61,189 nucleotides of DNA from Candidatus Coprosoma intestinipullorum (GTDB lineage Bacteria; Bacillota_I; Bacilli_A; RF39; UBA660). Position 1 is the stretch's first letter. Each line of letters begins with the position of its first letter. The DNA lies in the NCBI GenBank assembly GCA_018713045.1, contig DVFV01000096.1, positions 1-61,189 of the forward strand, read 5' to 3'. The position numbers were made by a program, and so were the translations under genes. Shown here piece after piece: positions 19,069 through 28,320 of the stretch. Under the pieces are notes generated by a model. The model was not told the DNA's origin, made no database searches, and saw nothing but the letters and a program-made list of their open reading frames with translations.

Positions 19069-19547
19069 AAAATAAGGGATAATTAATAATATTTACAGGC
19101 ACTGTAATAACAAATAAAATGGTGTGGTGCGGATTAACAACGATTACTTAAGCTCTCTTTTACTTTTGGTTATGATTTTCTCGCTAGCAAATACTTCTCA
19201 TCACCGCACGTTGACCCCCCATTATTTACTATTACACTACCTATAAAAGATAGTGTTGTAATATTGGCACTACATCTCACTAAAGGAGGTGTAATGGTGC
19301 TAAATTAATAGCACCTTACTGACGACATATAAATTGACAATTAGAGGATAAAATGTGTTTATTTTAAAAAAACTACATAACAATTATATCGTCAGTAAGC
19401 TACTATAAAGTAGCTTTCTCAATTAACATTATAAGAGTTGAATAGAAAAACACAATACAAGAATACAAAGGGACTGGCATGACAACCCAGTGTAGAAATT
19501 TTATTAATCTCTACATTATAAACTTTATCACCAAATTTACTTGCATT

Positions 19548-20039
19548 TCACTGGCATTTTATAATTTTTTTGATTTTTTTATTGTAGACTCTCCATACAG
19601 TACTAACATCGACATTATAAATTTCTGCTGTTTTTTCAACAGCCCTTGTTATATTATTTTTTTCATGAGATTTTATTTTTACAACTAACTGAGAATATAG
19701 CTCATATTCTATTCCTTGTAATTCAAGTAAATTGGAAGTCATTTTATCTAGTGTTTTATTTAGCTTGTCAACATATTCTTTTTGAAGTTTTAATTCTTGA
19801 TTTAAAGACATGCCTGTATCTTTATTTATTTTATCGCATTCTGCTATAAAAGATAATTCTCTATCCTTAGACATACTACTATGTATTCCAGTTTCAGATT
19901 GTTTAGACGTTATTCCAAGAAACCTATCATGCAATAAATTTTTCTTGTCAATTAAATTTTCTAATTTAGCCTGTGCTATTTCTAGTTCTCTCTTCGTATT
20001 ATTATAAGTTAAAATAGCTCTCATCATTTCACCCCACAT
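19548..20039 (-). CDS. Putative late-gene transcriptional regulator (ArpU/RinA-like, C-terminal sigma region-4-like HTH)
   Basis: 163 aa, the last gene before the packaging module. The C-terminus (ITRAVEKTAEIYNVDVSTVWRVYNKKIKKI) looks like an HTH. Confidence 0.4.
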   Translation of the reverse strand: MWGEMMRAILTYNNTKRELEIAQAKLENLIDKKNLLHDRFLGITSKQSETGIHSSMSKDRELSFIAECDKINKDTGMSLNQELKLQKEYVDKLNKTLDKMTSNLLELQGIEYELYSQLVVKIKSHEKNNITRAVEKTAEIYNVDVSTVWRVYNKKIKKIIKCQ

Positions 20040-20076
20040 TTATATTAACCTAGTAAATTAACATAAAAATCTTCTT

Positions 20077-20304
20077 TCATTTTAAAATTTTCTTGACTTG
20101 TGTTTCTAAATCTTTAAGCAATAAATCACTTGGATTACATTTTCCTAAAATATAATCAATTAAATGCAGTTGTATGTTATAATTTTGTCTTAATTTTTTA
20201 ACTTTAGAATAACTAATTTCTTCATTATCAATAGCACACTCTAATTTATTCAATCTTTTGCTAACGTTATTTCTATAACTTAAAAGTTCTTTTTCTTTTA
20301 TCAT
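20077..20304 (-). CDS. Hypothetical early protein
   Basis: 75 aa, same strand, overlaps the upstream gene by 4 nt. Confidence 0.4.
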   Translation of the reverse strand: MIKEKELLSYRNNVSKRLNKLECAIDNEEISYSKVKKLRQNYNIQLHLIDYILGKCNPSDLLLKDLETQVKKILK

Positions 20305-20498
20305 TTTTTATCTTCCTTTACATATTTATTAAACACATATCCTGGCATCCTCATATCATTCATAGAACTGTTTTTTACATGTTGTCTATACTCTTCCCAT
20401 GCTTTATCAAACCATGGCTCATTACCATATTTCTCTATTAAATCTTCTAAAATTACGCATACCATTCCTGGTAAATCAACATAAAAATCTTTATTCAT
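20301..20498 (-). CDS. Hypothetical early protein
   Basis: 65 aa in the tightly packed early operon. Confidence 0.4.
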   Translation of the reverse strand: MNKDFYVDLPGMVCVILEDLIEKYGNEPWFDKAWEEYRQHVKNSSMNDMRMPGYVFNKYVKEDKK

Positions 20499-20512
20499 CC
20501 ACTTATTCCTTT

Positions 20513-20920
20513 CTAAGCAAAGATATCTGCTCTTTCAAACATTTCTTTCGTAACTAATGATTTAACATCGTCAATATTTAATATAGTTTTGTTATAAGCA
20601 GAATAGCTTGGTTCTTCTGTAATTATTTTCCTATCTGTAAGGTTTTCATCTCCACACACATCAGGTTCAATTATATCTATCACTTTATAACCATTAACGT
20701 AGTCCCCTACTTCTATTAAGTCGATTAAATCGAAACTACACTTTACAATATTGTAAAAATTATCAATTTCTCCCCAATCATCCCATTCATGATATATATC
20801 AAATTCTTCATCATATTCTGTATAAAATCCATAATTTGAGTCAGCTGTTTTTCGATGATCATAATATTGAAATATATGACCTTTATCAGATCTTACATAC
20901 ATACCATTTTTTAACTTCAC
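20513..20920 (-). CDS. Hypothetical early protein, paralog of 23703..24107
   Basis: Shares MKxKxGMYVR and FxLIDLIEVGDYVNG blocks with the 134-aa ORF. Confidence 0.5.
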   Translation of the reverse strand: MKLKNGMYVRSDKGHIFQYYDHRKTADSNYGFYTEYDEEFDIYHEWDDWGEIDNFYNIVKCSFDLIDLIEVGDYVNGYKVIDIIEPDVCGDENLTDRKIITEEPSYSAYNKTILNIDDVKSLVTKEMFERADIFA

Positions 20921-20990
20921 AATTAATCATCTCCATAACTATATATTTTTTAGACGCACATTTTAAAATAATTGCGTCTTAACTAAAAAT

Positions 20991-21359
20991 TTATGAACTT
21001 ATATCACCAAAATAATCAACTATTGAAAGTGGTGGTTTGAAATATTCTTTAGACGTGTTAAAGACAAATTCACACATAGCACTAACCTTGTTACAAACTT
21101 CTTCTTCAGTATATGTTTCATAACTGGCACCCATAGTCCATAACCAACAATGAGTTAACTCATGTCTTAACGTTTGTATTTTTTGTTCTATTCCAAGTTC
21201 CTCATTTAAATGAATTATATGGGTTGGGTATTCACAAAGACCAAAAACATATGTACACTTATCATCATGTTCACTATTATATTTATCTATTAGCCATTGT
21301 TTAGGCGTTTCTTTTATTTCCCAATTAGTATTATTTAAGTTAAATTCAAATTTACTCAT
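20991..21359 (-). CDS. Small putative zinc metallopeptidase (HExxH)
   Basis: 122 aa with the motif RHELTHCWLW. Confidence 0.4.
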   Translation of the reverse strand: MSKFEFNLNNTNWEIKETPKQWLIDKYNSEHDDKCTYVFGLCEYPTHIIHLNEELGIEQKIQTLRHELTHCWLWTMGASYETYTEEEVCNKVSAMCEFVFNTSKEYFKPPLSIVDYFGDISS

Positions 21360-21370
21360 CTTTTACCACC

Positions 21371-21595
21371 TTACTTTATTATTTCAATAACTTTACCTTT
21401 TTCAAGAACAATGACGACATCATAATCCCAAAATTTATTCTTTATCTCATTTAGAATATAGTTAATTACAATATCTTTTGAAATGTTATTTAAATTTTCA
21501 TTCCTAAAATGCCATATTTCTTTTTTCGTCGGATACATTTCATTTTTATGAATGGGTATTACATCAAGCTGAATTTCATTACTATTTTTACTCAT
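21371..21595 (-). CDS. Hypothetical early protein
   Basis: 74 aa, packed in the operon. Confidence 0.4.
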   Translation of the reverse strand: MSKNSNEIQLDVIPIHKNEMYPTKKEIWHFRNENLNNISKDIVINYILNEIKNKFWDYDVVIVLEKGKVIEIIK

Positions 21596-21598
21596 ATT

Positions 21599-21886
21599 TC
21601 AATCGACTCCCTTTTTAAATAATTGAATTACATCTTCTCTTGGCAAATCTAATATACGTTTACATCCCTCAAAAGATTTATCTCTAAGACTAATTTTACA
21701 ATCTTTTCCATTGTCAAGTTGTATCCACCAAACATGTTCCTCATTGTCTAAATTTTGACGAGTATCATAACAAATTCTAATATATTTAAAACAATATCTA
21801 TTTCTCTCAAAATTTTGATACATGTTTTCCCACGAGTTATTTTTCTGAATGTAATCAAGTAATTTTTTTAAATCTGAACTATTCAT
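21599..21886 (-). CDS. Hypothetical early protein
   Basis: 95 aa, packed in the operon. Confidence 0.4.
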   Translation of the reverse strand: MNSSDLKKLLDYIQKNNSWENMYQNFERNRYCFKYIRICYDTRQNLDNEEHVWWIQLDNGKDCKISLRDKSFEGCKRILDLPREDVIQLFKKGVD

Positions 21887-22208
21887 GTTCCACCTCTTTC
21901 AAAATATCTAATAAATCAACACATATTGCATAAGCATTTGCATTATTTATCGTTTCATCTGCATATCTACCTAATTTATTAATAGCTTTATTAATTACTT
22001 CTTTATATTTTTGAATTTTATTCTTTAATCTAAGCTCATTTTGTAAAAGCGTAATACTTGCTTCTTCTAATTCCGTAAACTGTACATTATCTAAATTATT
22101 AATATGTATGGTATTACCTTCTGTAACTCCACACTCTTCAAACCTTTTTTTATACATATTATCAACTATGTTTTCTGCCTCTTCTAAGGCTGTTTGTTTT
22201 TTACTCAT
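21879..22208 (-). CDS. Hypothetical early protein
   Basis: 109 aa, overlapping stop and start codons. Confidence 0.4.
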   Translation of the reverse strand: MSKKQTALEEAENIVDNMYKKRFEECGVTEGNTIHINNLDNVQFTELEEASITLLQNELRLKNKIQKYKEVINKAINKLGRYADETINNANAYAICVDLLDILKEVEHE

Positions 22209-22453
22209 TTATCTTCCACCTTTTCTACTAAACCCGCTTGAATTAAATCGTATATAATGCTTAATTCTACATCAGTGCTAAACAATCCTATGCCTATTGA
22301 TATAAGTCTACTTTGTTCATATATATATATTTTTTTATTTTCTCTTAAGTTACAACAACGCCTGACAACATCTTTAACATAAATAAGTTTTTGATGTTCA
22401 AACCCAAATTTTTCCAATTCTTTTAAATCTACATTATCTTTGATTTTTAACAT
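22205..22453 (-). CDS. Hypothetical early protein
   Basis: 82 aa, overlapping stop and start codons. Confidence 0.4.
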   Translation of the reverse strand: MLKIKDNVDLKELEKFGFEHQKLIYVKDVVRRCCNLRENKKIYIYEQSRLISIGIGLFSTDVELSIIYDLIQAGLVEKVEDK

Positions 22454-22769
22454 TTTTTACCTCCATGACATTTAATATTTTTAAAACATAATATTTTTTG
22501 TCTGGTTCTGCTCCCCAATCTTCTCTACCATATCCTCTTGTTATTTCAACTTCACATTTTATGGCTGGGATTTCACTCGAATATCCATTTCTAAACATTA
22601 TTGTTTCATGTGTTTTCAATGGTTTATGAATAGCACCGATACTAACATTATGGTCATATGCTTTACAAAACCTACTGGTATAATATTGTTTAATTTCTCT
22701 ATATTCTTCTTTCTTTTCGCCTGACTTAATCATGTCAAACCATTTCTTTTTAATCGGTAGTATTAACAT
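22434..22769 (-). CDS. ASCH-domain-like protein
   Basis: The N-terminus (MLILPIKKKWFDMIKSGEKKEEYREIK) matches the ASCH pattern. Confidence 0.45.
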   Translation of the reverse strand: MLILPIKKKWFDMIKSGEKKEEYREIKQYYTSRFCKAYDHNVSIGAIHKPLKTHETIMFRNGYSSEIPAIKCEVEITRGYGREDWGAEPDKKYYVLKILNVMEVKNVKNQR

Positions 22770-22989
22770 CTAACCACCCCAATTCTTCTGCTTGTTTATT
22801 TATTGCTTGTAATTCTTTAAAAGACAATTCGACAACTTCATTACTATCATCTGCAAGCCACATTTTCTTCTGTTTTAAATCGAATTCGATTAATTTACAT
22901 TCGCTAATTTTTTCATTTTGACAAGTTATTCTTAATCCATTACTAAAATAATCATAGTCTAGTTTTCCAAACATTTCTTTAGCCTTCAT
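22750..22989 (-). CDS. Hypothetical early protein
   Basis: 79 aa, packed in the operon. Confidence 0.4.
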   Translation of the reverse strand: MKAKEMFGKLDYDYFSNGLRITCQNEKISECKLIEFDLKQKKMWLADDSNEVVELSFKELQAINKQAEELGWLDVNTTD

Positions 22990-23043
22990 TTACATTACCC
23001 CTTATCTTCCTTAAAATATTTTTCTTCTCTTCTAAGTCTTCTT

Positions 23044-23424
23044 TCATTTGTTATCACCTTCTATATTGTTAATACTCTTTAAATTCTCCCATCCAACAGA
23101 TACATCATAACCTAATTTTTTTGCTTGAGAAATTGTTAAAGCTTTCAATTCTATTTTTTTATTTGGTTTCAATGGAATTTCTTTATATTCCCACCATTCA
23201 GACCCATCATATTCGTGCCTTTCTAACCACCAATTATCACCAACAACTAACAAATCTTGTGCAACCTCTGGAGCACCATATCCACTATCATATTCCACAT
23301 TTGCAATATTCAAAAACTCATTAACATCAAAATAAAATTTGTTATTGCCAACCCACTTGATATCATCAATTGTTTTATTGTTATCTCTTAAATAATTTTT
23401 TGTTTCTTCTAAAAGATTAGTCAT
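23044..23424 (-). CDS. Hypothetical early protein (Trp-rich WWLERHEYDGSEWWEY motif)
   Basis: 126 aa, packed in the operon. Confidence 0.4.
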   Translation of the reverse strand: MTNLLEETKNYLRDNNKTIDDIKWVGNNKFYFDVNEFLNIANVEYDSGYGAPEVAQDLLVVGDNWWLERHEYDGSEWWEYKEIPLKPNKKIELKALTISQAKKLGYDVSVGWENLKSINNIEGDNK

Positions 23425-23702
23425 TTATTATCACCACCTATTATTTCTTTATATTTATCTAATATTTCTAAACAAATTCTTTGATGATATCCTGCGTCTC
23501 TAATTAATTCTTTGCTTTCATTTTCTAGCCATTCCATAAATTCTTTTTGCTGATTTTTTAATTCTTGGTTTTCTTTCTTAAGCTCTTTATATTCGTAATC
23601 TAAACCATGTACTATGTCAGAACATATTGTTATATCAGGTTCTCTATCTAATATTTCAACTAATTGCTCTGATGTTGGTCTATCTTTTATAAATTCATTC
23701 AT
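23421..23702 (-). CDS. Hypothetical early protein
   Basis: 93 aa, overlaps the next gene by 4 nt. Confidence 0.4.
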   Translation of the reverse strand: MNEFIKDRPTSEQLVEILDREPDITICSDIVHGLDYEYKELKKENQELKNQQKEFMEWLENESKELIRDAGYHQRICLEILDKYKEIIGGDNK

Positions 23703-24107
23703 TTACTTATCCCTTTCTACTACATATTTCATAGTCTCAAATTGCTCTTTTGTAACTATAGACTCAATTGGTTTTGTATACCCATCAACATCTTTTCCTG
23801 CAATAATATGTAACGTTATACCATCGTAACAGTCGTTAAACAAATAATAATATCCGTCGCCTTTTGAGATTTGTTTGACTTGTTGCCCATTTACATAATC
23901 ACCGACCTCGATTAAATCAATTAAGTTAAAACTAGGTTTGCTAACTATTTTATGGTCGCCAATAAAAACGTAGTCATCACACCAATTTACTTGTACTGCA
24001 TATTTGAAAAAAAGTTCTCTAAATTCGTTAATATTTACTATCTTTCCAATATATTGAGTACCATTATTTCCTTTAAATCTGACATACATACCTTTTTTTG
24101 GCTTCAT
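23703..24107 (-). CDS. Hypothetical early protein, paralog of 20513..20920
   Basis: Contains MKPKKGMYVRF and FNLIDLIEVGDYVNGQQV blocks. Confidence 0.5.
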   Translation of the reverse strand: MKPKKGMYVRFKGNNGTQYIGKIVNINEFRELFFKYAVQVNWCDDYVFIGDHKIVSKPSFNLIDLIEVGDYVNGQQVKQISKGDGYYYLFNDCYDGITLHIIAGKDVDGYTKPIESIVTKEQFETMKYVVERDK

Positions 24108-24365
24108 TTATTTATCACACTCCTTTATAAGTTCTAAATCTTTTTTTGCAACTTGCATGAAATCAGAATGTGCTATCTTTTTAAAAGCTGGAGTACCATC
24201 TATAAGCTTGTTATTTAAGTTGTATAGGCATTTTCTCCAACCACGACCTTTAACATATTCTAGACCTTTAGCAAGTTCTCCTTGCATCCCAATATATATA
24301 AAATATTTTGTATCAATATATCCGGAATAATTGTTCCTGTATATGTCACCTATTTTTTTTAACAT
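24108..24365 (-). CDS. Hypothetical early protein
   Basis: 85 aa, packed in the operon. Confidence 0.4.
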   Translation of the reverse strand: MLKKIGDIYRNNYSGYIDTKYFIYIGMQGELAKGLEYVKGRGWRKCLYNLNNKLIDGTPAFKKIAHSDFMQVAKKDLELIKECDK

Positions 24366-24532
24366 TGAACCAACCTCTTTCCTCTTTTTTCACTTGTTCT
24401 TCTTTTGTATGCTGGTGTTTGATAAAACAATAATGATTTAATCTTTATTCCAAACCGTTTAGATAGTTCATTTAAAGTTCCGATACCTAAAAGTTCATCT
24501 CCTTTATACAACGCATACTCTTTAAATTTCAT
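24359..24532 (-). CDS. Small HTH-like protein (57 aa, below the ORF-track cutoff)
   Basis: Hand translation: MKFKEYALYKGDELLGIGTLNELSKRFGIKIKSLLFYQTPAYKRRTSEKRGKRLVQC. TAATG overlap with the upstream ORF. Confidence 0.4.
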   Translation of the reverse strand: MKFKEYALYKGDELLGIGTLNELSKRFGIKIKSLLFYQTPAYKRRTSEKRGKRLVQC

Positions 24533-24702
24533 TATCTTTCACCTCTTATTTGTTTTAATACCTTTCTTTTTTCTTCACTATTTAAGTGATTATTTTTCCA
24601 AACTTCATCCTCAAGTTCTATAATAGCTTTTGTATCATTTTGCAATTTCATTTTAAAATACTGTCTTGTTAATATAGGTATCCAATATTTAAAATAGTCC
24701 AT
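24532..24702 (-). CDS. Small hypothetical protein (56 aa, below the ORF-track cutoff)
   Basis: Hand translation: MDYFKYWIPILTRQYFKMKLQNDTKAIIELEDEVWKNNHLNSEEKRKVLKQIRGER. Starts 2 nt after the methylase stop. Confidence 0.35.
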   Translation of the reverse strand: MDYFKYWIPILTRQYFKMKLQNDTKAIIELEDEVWKNNHLNSEEKRKVLKQIRGER

Positions 24703-24703
24703 T

Positions 24704-25603
24704 TTACTCTTCCCCTTTATCTAAATAATCAAAAATATTTGTTTGTGAATCATTTTCTATACTTTCAAGATTTTTACATCCTGTATTAAAATAACTTTCT
24801 TTTAATTCACACATAATGGTTTTTCTATTCATTTGTAAACTTTGATAACCAACGCTAAACACGCCAGCAAATGGATCAAAAATTATTTCATTCTCATTAC
24901 TATACCAATGAACTAATTCTCTAATTAAATCAAGTTGTAAAGGTGTCATATGTTTTTCGTCTTTTTCTTCTTTAGCTAATTTAGTATTTAAAACATTAGT
25001 TCTAGATATATCCATCCAACACGGACTAGCTAATTCAGTCCAATGATGAAATTCTTCATCTTCGTTTCTATGAGTAATATGAACCCACTCATCTTCCCTT
25101 TCTACTTTCTGCATAATCACAACATAATCAGCCATACCAGTTCTTGTTATTTCTGCAAACTTTTTATAACTATTCCATAAAATACTAGCTGACTTAGTTC
25201 TTGTAGCTTCTATTTGTGGATCTGTCCATACAGTTATTTCACCGTGATAAATCCAACCATATTTTTGAAACGCTTTTATCATCATACCTCTAAAATCAAT
25301 TAGCCCCATTGCTCCATCTCTACCTTTAAAAGTAGGAATTTGCTTTAAATGTAAACATATAAGTCTACCTGGTTTTGTTATTCTATATAATTCAGGTATT
25401 AAATAATCTAGTTGTTTAAAATATTCGTCAAGATTTTTTACATTAGAAAAATCTCGAACATCATCACTATATGTATACAAATTTGCAAATGGAAACGATG
25501 AAATAGTTAAATCGATAGAATCATTTGGAAGCTGCTTACAAATCTCTACACAATCGCCATTATATGCAATCCAATCTTTTCCACTTTCTGTTCTCATATC
25601 CAT
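24704..25603 (-). CDS. DNA methyltransferase, beta-class N6A/N4C type
   Basis: A motif-IV-like ISSFPFANLY sits N-terminal and a motif-I-like FDPFAGVFSVG sits C-terminal. This is the beta-class circular permutation order. Confidence 0.6.
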   Translation of the reverse strand: MDMRTESGKDWIAYNGDCVEICKQLPNDSIDLTISSFPFANLYTYSDDVRDFSNVKNLDEYFKQLDYLIPELYRITKPGRLICLHLKQIPTFKGRDGAMGLIDFRGMMIKAFQKYGWIYHGEITVWTDPQIEATRTKSASILWNSYKKFAEITRTGMADYVVIMQKVEREDEWVHITHRNEDEEFHHWTELASPCWMDISRTNVLNTKLAKEEKDEKHMTPLQLDLIRELVHWYSNENEIIFDPFAGVFSVGYQSLQMNRKTIMCELKESYFNTGCKNLESIENDSQTNIFDYLDKGEE

Positions 25604-26973
25604 TTTGGCAACAAAATAGTTTCATTTTCATGTACCTTTTCTTTTACATGTCCATTTACTTCTAATTGTTGTAAATCTTTAACACTTAATGACATGCTAT
25701 TTTTCATCCTACGTTGTTGCTCTTCCTTTCTTCTAATATTTTCTAATATTGATTTTTCTGTAACACCTAAAACTATATAACTATTTACTTCTGAATTCTG
25801 ACCAAATCTATATACTCTTCTTAAGGCTTGATAATAATTTTCATATGAATAAGTTAAACCACAAAATATAACATTATGGCAATTTTGAAAATTCATTCCA
25901 TAACCAAATATTTTAGGTTTACTAATTAATACTTTTATTTCTCCAGTCTTAAATTTATTGCTAGCTTCTTCTTTGAAAGAAATCTTGTCACTTCCTCGAA
26001 CTTCTACAGCTGATGGAATTAACTCTTTTAATTTATCAGCTTCTTCGTTCATATCTACCCAAATTAAGTATTGTTCATCAGGGTTATTATCAATTATTTC
26101 TTTTACTCTTTTAGCTCTTGAATTAATTGTTTTCTTTTTTTCTTTATAAAAAGAAGTAGCACTCATTTGAATATCTCTAAATAATCCTTGAGTTAAATCA
26201 TCATTAATAATATCAACATCGACTATTTCCTCATATTCATTTAGTTTTGGTAAATCATACCCTTTATTATCAAAACCTATATCGCTAGGTTTTTCTATGT
26301 TTAATGCCCAATTACATACCCATTTCCAAAATTCATCTGTTGCGTGTCCTTTTAAACGCCATGTTCCAGTTTTCATATCATTTATAAAATATATACTTAA
26401 TGCTTGTGCAGTCGTCATTATTCCTAAAAAATCAGCATGATTTAATAATTCCATATAATCATTTGGAGCAGGAGTTGCAGTACAACATAATTTATAAGGC
26501 GTATTCTTAAAACAATTTGTAATTTTAGTTCTAATTTTTCCAGTAAAATTTTTTAGAATACTACTTTCATCTAACACGACTCCAATAAATTTTGATGTAT
26601 CTATTTGATCTAAAATTTCATAATTAGTTATATTAATTCCAGATTTTATTTCTTCTGTTGTTCTAATTAAATTTACTTTTAAATTTAACTTAGGTGCTTC
26701 TTCATTAGCTGTTTGATGTGCAACACCTAAAGGTGCAACAATAAGTACATTACCACCTGTTTGTTTACATATTTGATTAGCCCATTCTAATTGTTGAAAT
26801 GTTTTTCCTAAGCCACAAGCTTCAAATAAAGCACTTTTTCCTTTCTTTAAAGCCCAACTGACACACACTTTTTGCCAGCCAAACAATTTATCTGATAATT
26901 CCTCTTTTGGAATATCAAACCCTTTAGAAGTTACGAATTTATTTTTGTTTTCAAGAAATTCTTGATAATTCAT
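25594..26973 (-). CDS. SNF2/DEAD-like superfamily 2 helicase
   Basis: Motif I ACGLGKT, motif II VLDESSILKN, and C-terminal helicase motifs (RRVYRFGQ). Confidence 0.7.
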   Translation of the reverse strand: MNYQEFLENKNKFVTSKGFDIPKEELSDKLFGWQKVCVSWALKKGKSALFEACGLGKTFQQLEWANQICKQTGGNVLIVAPLGVAHQTANEEAPKLNLKVNLIRTTEEIKSGINITNYEILDQIDTSKFIGVVLDESSILKNFTGKIRTKITNCFKNTPYKLCCTATPAPNDYMELLNHADFLGIMTTAQALSIYFINDMKTGTWRLKGHATDEFWKWVCNWALNIEKPSDIGFDNKGYDLPKLNEYEEIVDVDIINDDLTQGLFRDIQMSATSFYKEKKKTINSRAKRVKEIIDNNPDEQYLIWVDMNEEADKLKELIPSAVEVRGSDKISFKEEASNKFKTGEIKVLISKPKIFGYGMNFQNCHNVIFCGLTYSYENYYQALRRVYRFGQNSEVNSYIVLGVTEKSILENIRRKEEQQRRMKNSMSLSVKDLQQLEVNGHVKEKVHENETILLPKWI

Positions 26974-27364
26974 TTTGAGCTTCCTTTTCTCCGATAAATT
27001 TTAATACTTCTAATCCAAAACTAATAAGTTCATTTGCTTTATAACTATTTAAAATAAACTCTCCAACTACAATACCCATCTGATTAGGCATTTTTTTATC
27101 TCGTTTATACAAAGTTACTTTTAATAAATCATCATCTATTCCTAAATAATAAAGTGGCGGTAATGTTACAACTTCATTTATTAAATCTAGTGCTTCGCTT
27201 GGTGTCAAAAGACCGTTTAAAGATTTTAAATAAATGAAATGTCTTTGTTTTATTTCGTAAACCATTTTATCTATTTCTCTGTCATTTTTAAAAATTTTTA
27301 TTGTTGAACAAATTATAATTATCAAACATACTATATCAATTATCCAAAAAATAATTTCTTTCAT
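26951..27364 (-). CDS. Hypothetical membrane-anchored protein
   Basis: 137 aa with N-terminal TM segment IIFWIIDIVCLIIIICSTI. Confidence 0.4.
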   Translation of the reverse strand: MKEIIFWIIDIVCLIIIICSTIKIFKNDREIDKMVYEIKQRHFIYLKSLNGLLTPSEALDLINEVVTLPPLYYLGIDDDLLKVTLYKRDKKMPNQMGIVVGEFILNSYKANELISFGLEVLKFIGEKEAQNELSRIS

Positions 27365-27373
27365 GTTATCCCT

Positions 27374-27901
27374 CTATTCTATATCAAATACATCTTTCCA
27401 ATAAGTTGTATCTATGTCACATTCACTAGCCATATCTAATACGGTATCAATTAAATTCGACATTTCTTTTGTGTCCATTTTTGAACTGCCATAAAAACAT
27501 TTATAATCGTCAATTATTTTATTATCAACTTTTATTCTTCTAACAAATTGAACGGCTCTAAATTGTTCGATTAATAAGTTCCTAACTTCTTCTTTAGGTT
27601 CTACTAACAGGTGAGTAAACTTAGCCCCAGCTCTAGTTAATGCTTCAATGTATATATTAAAATCATCATTTGATCTATCGCCATTCCTAGCCTTATCTAT
27701 CTCACCTATTAATGTCCACATATATTTATTTTGCTGTTCAGTTCTTTTGTTGCGTGCTTTATCAACTCTGATAGAGTATAACTCATCTTTGTTTAAAGAC
27801 TTAATTAAATGTTTGTAGTTATCTCTTACAGTAAAAGTTACTTCAGTATTATCAGTTTCATCTTTACCTGAACGTTCAAAAGTTCCAATTAATCTAATCA
27901 T
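27374..27901 (-). CDS. NinB/Orf-family recombination mediator
   Basis: RTEQQNKYMWTLIGEID and GSSKMDTKEMSNLIDTVLDMASE parallel the lambda NinB blocks RSLDQNRKLWACLGDVS and STSRMRVGEFAELLELI. Confidence 0.5.
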   Translation of the reverse strand: MIRLIGTFERSGKDETDNTEVTFTVRDNYKHLIKSLNKDELYSIRVDKARNKRTEQQNKYMWTLIGEIDKARNGDRSNDDFNIYIEALTRAGAKFTHLLVEPKEEVRNLLIEQFRAVQFVRRIKVDNKIIDDYKCFYGSSKMDTKEMSNLIDTVLDMASECDIDTTYWKDVFDIE

Positions 27902-28320
27902 TCTAGCATGTTATCATCAATAACAATTGAGTCGCCAAAGTCTGAAAACGGATCGTATTCTGTTTCTTGCTCAGGAATACTATTACTATCACTTTGTTTA
28001 GTACTTAAGAACTGTATTCTGTTTGCCTTAATGCATGTTTCATAACCTCTAGTATCATCATCTTTATCCCATGTTCTAGTTTTAATATTTCCAGTAACAG
28101 CGATTAAGCTTCCTTTATGACAATAGGCATAAACATTTTCCGCTTGTTTACCATAGACATAAACTTTTGGAAAATCTGCAGGTATTTTATTACCGTCTTT
28201 ATCTTTTCCATTGTTAATAGCAACAAACATACTGACCGCAGATATTCCTGTTTGTGTTTTTCTAAGTTCCAAATCTTTCGTTATTCTTCCAACTATACAA
28301 ACGCTATTCATCGTCATCAT
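27898..28320 (-). CDS. ssb: Single-stranded DNA-binding protein
   Basis: OB-fold N-terminus (NSVCIVGRITKDLELRKTQTG) and an acidic C-terminal tip (DFGDSIVIDDNMLE). Confidence 0.75.
   Translation of the reverse strand: MMTMNSVCIVGRITKDLELRKTQTGISAVSMFVAINNGKDKDGNKIPADFPKVYVYGKQAENVYAYCHKGSLIAVTGNIKTRTWDKDDDTRGYETCIKANRIQFLSTKQSDSNSIPEQETEYDPFSDFGDSIVIDDNMLE

Noticed and set aside
19190-19209. GTGCGG at 19209 as a group II intron 5' end (GUGYG), and GATGAG as a hammerhead core
   Set aside because: No domain V-like hairpin or appropriate length could be recognised downstream. The hammerhead core requires CUGAUGA with a C directly before the U, but here it is G, and no matching GAAA/stem III arrangement is present.
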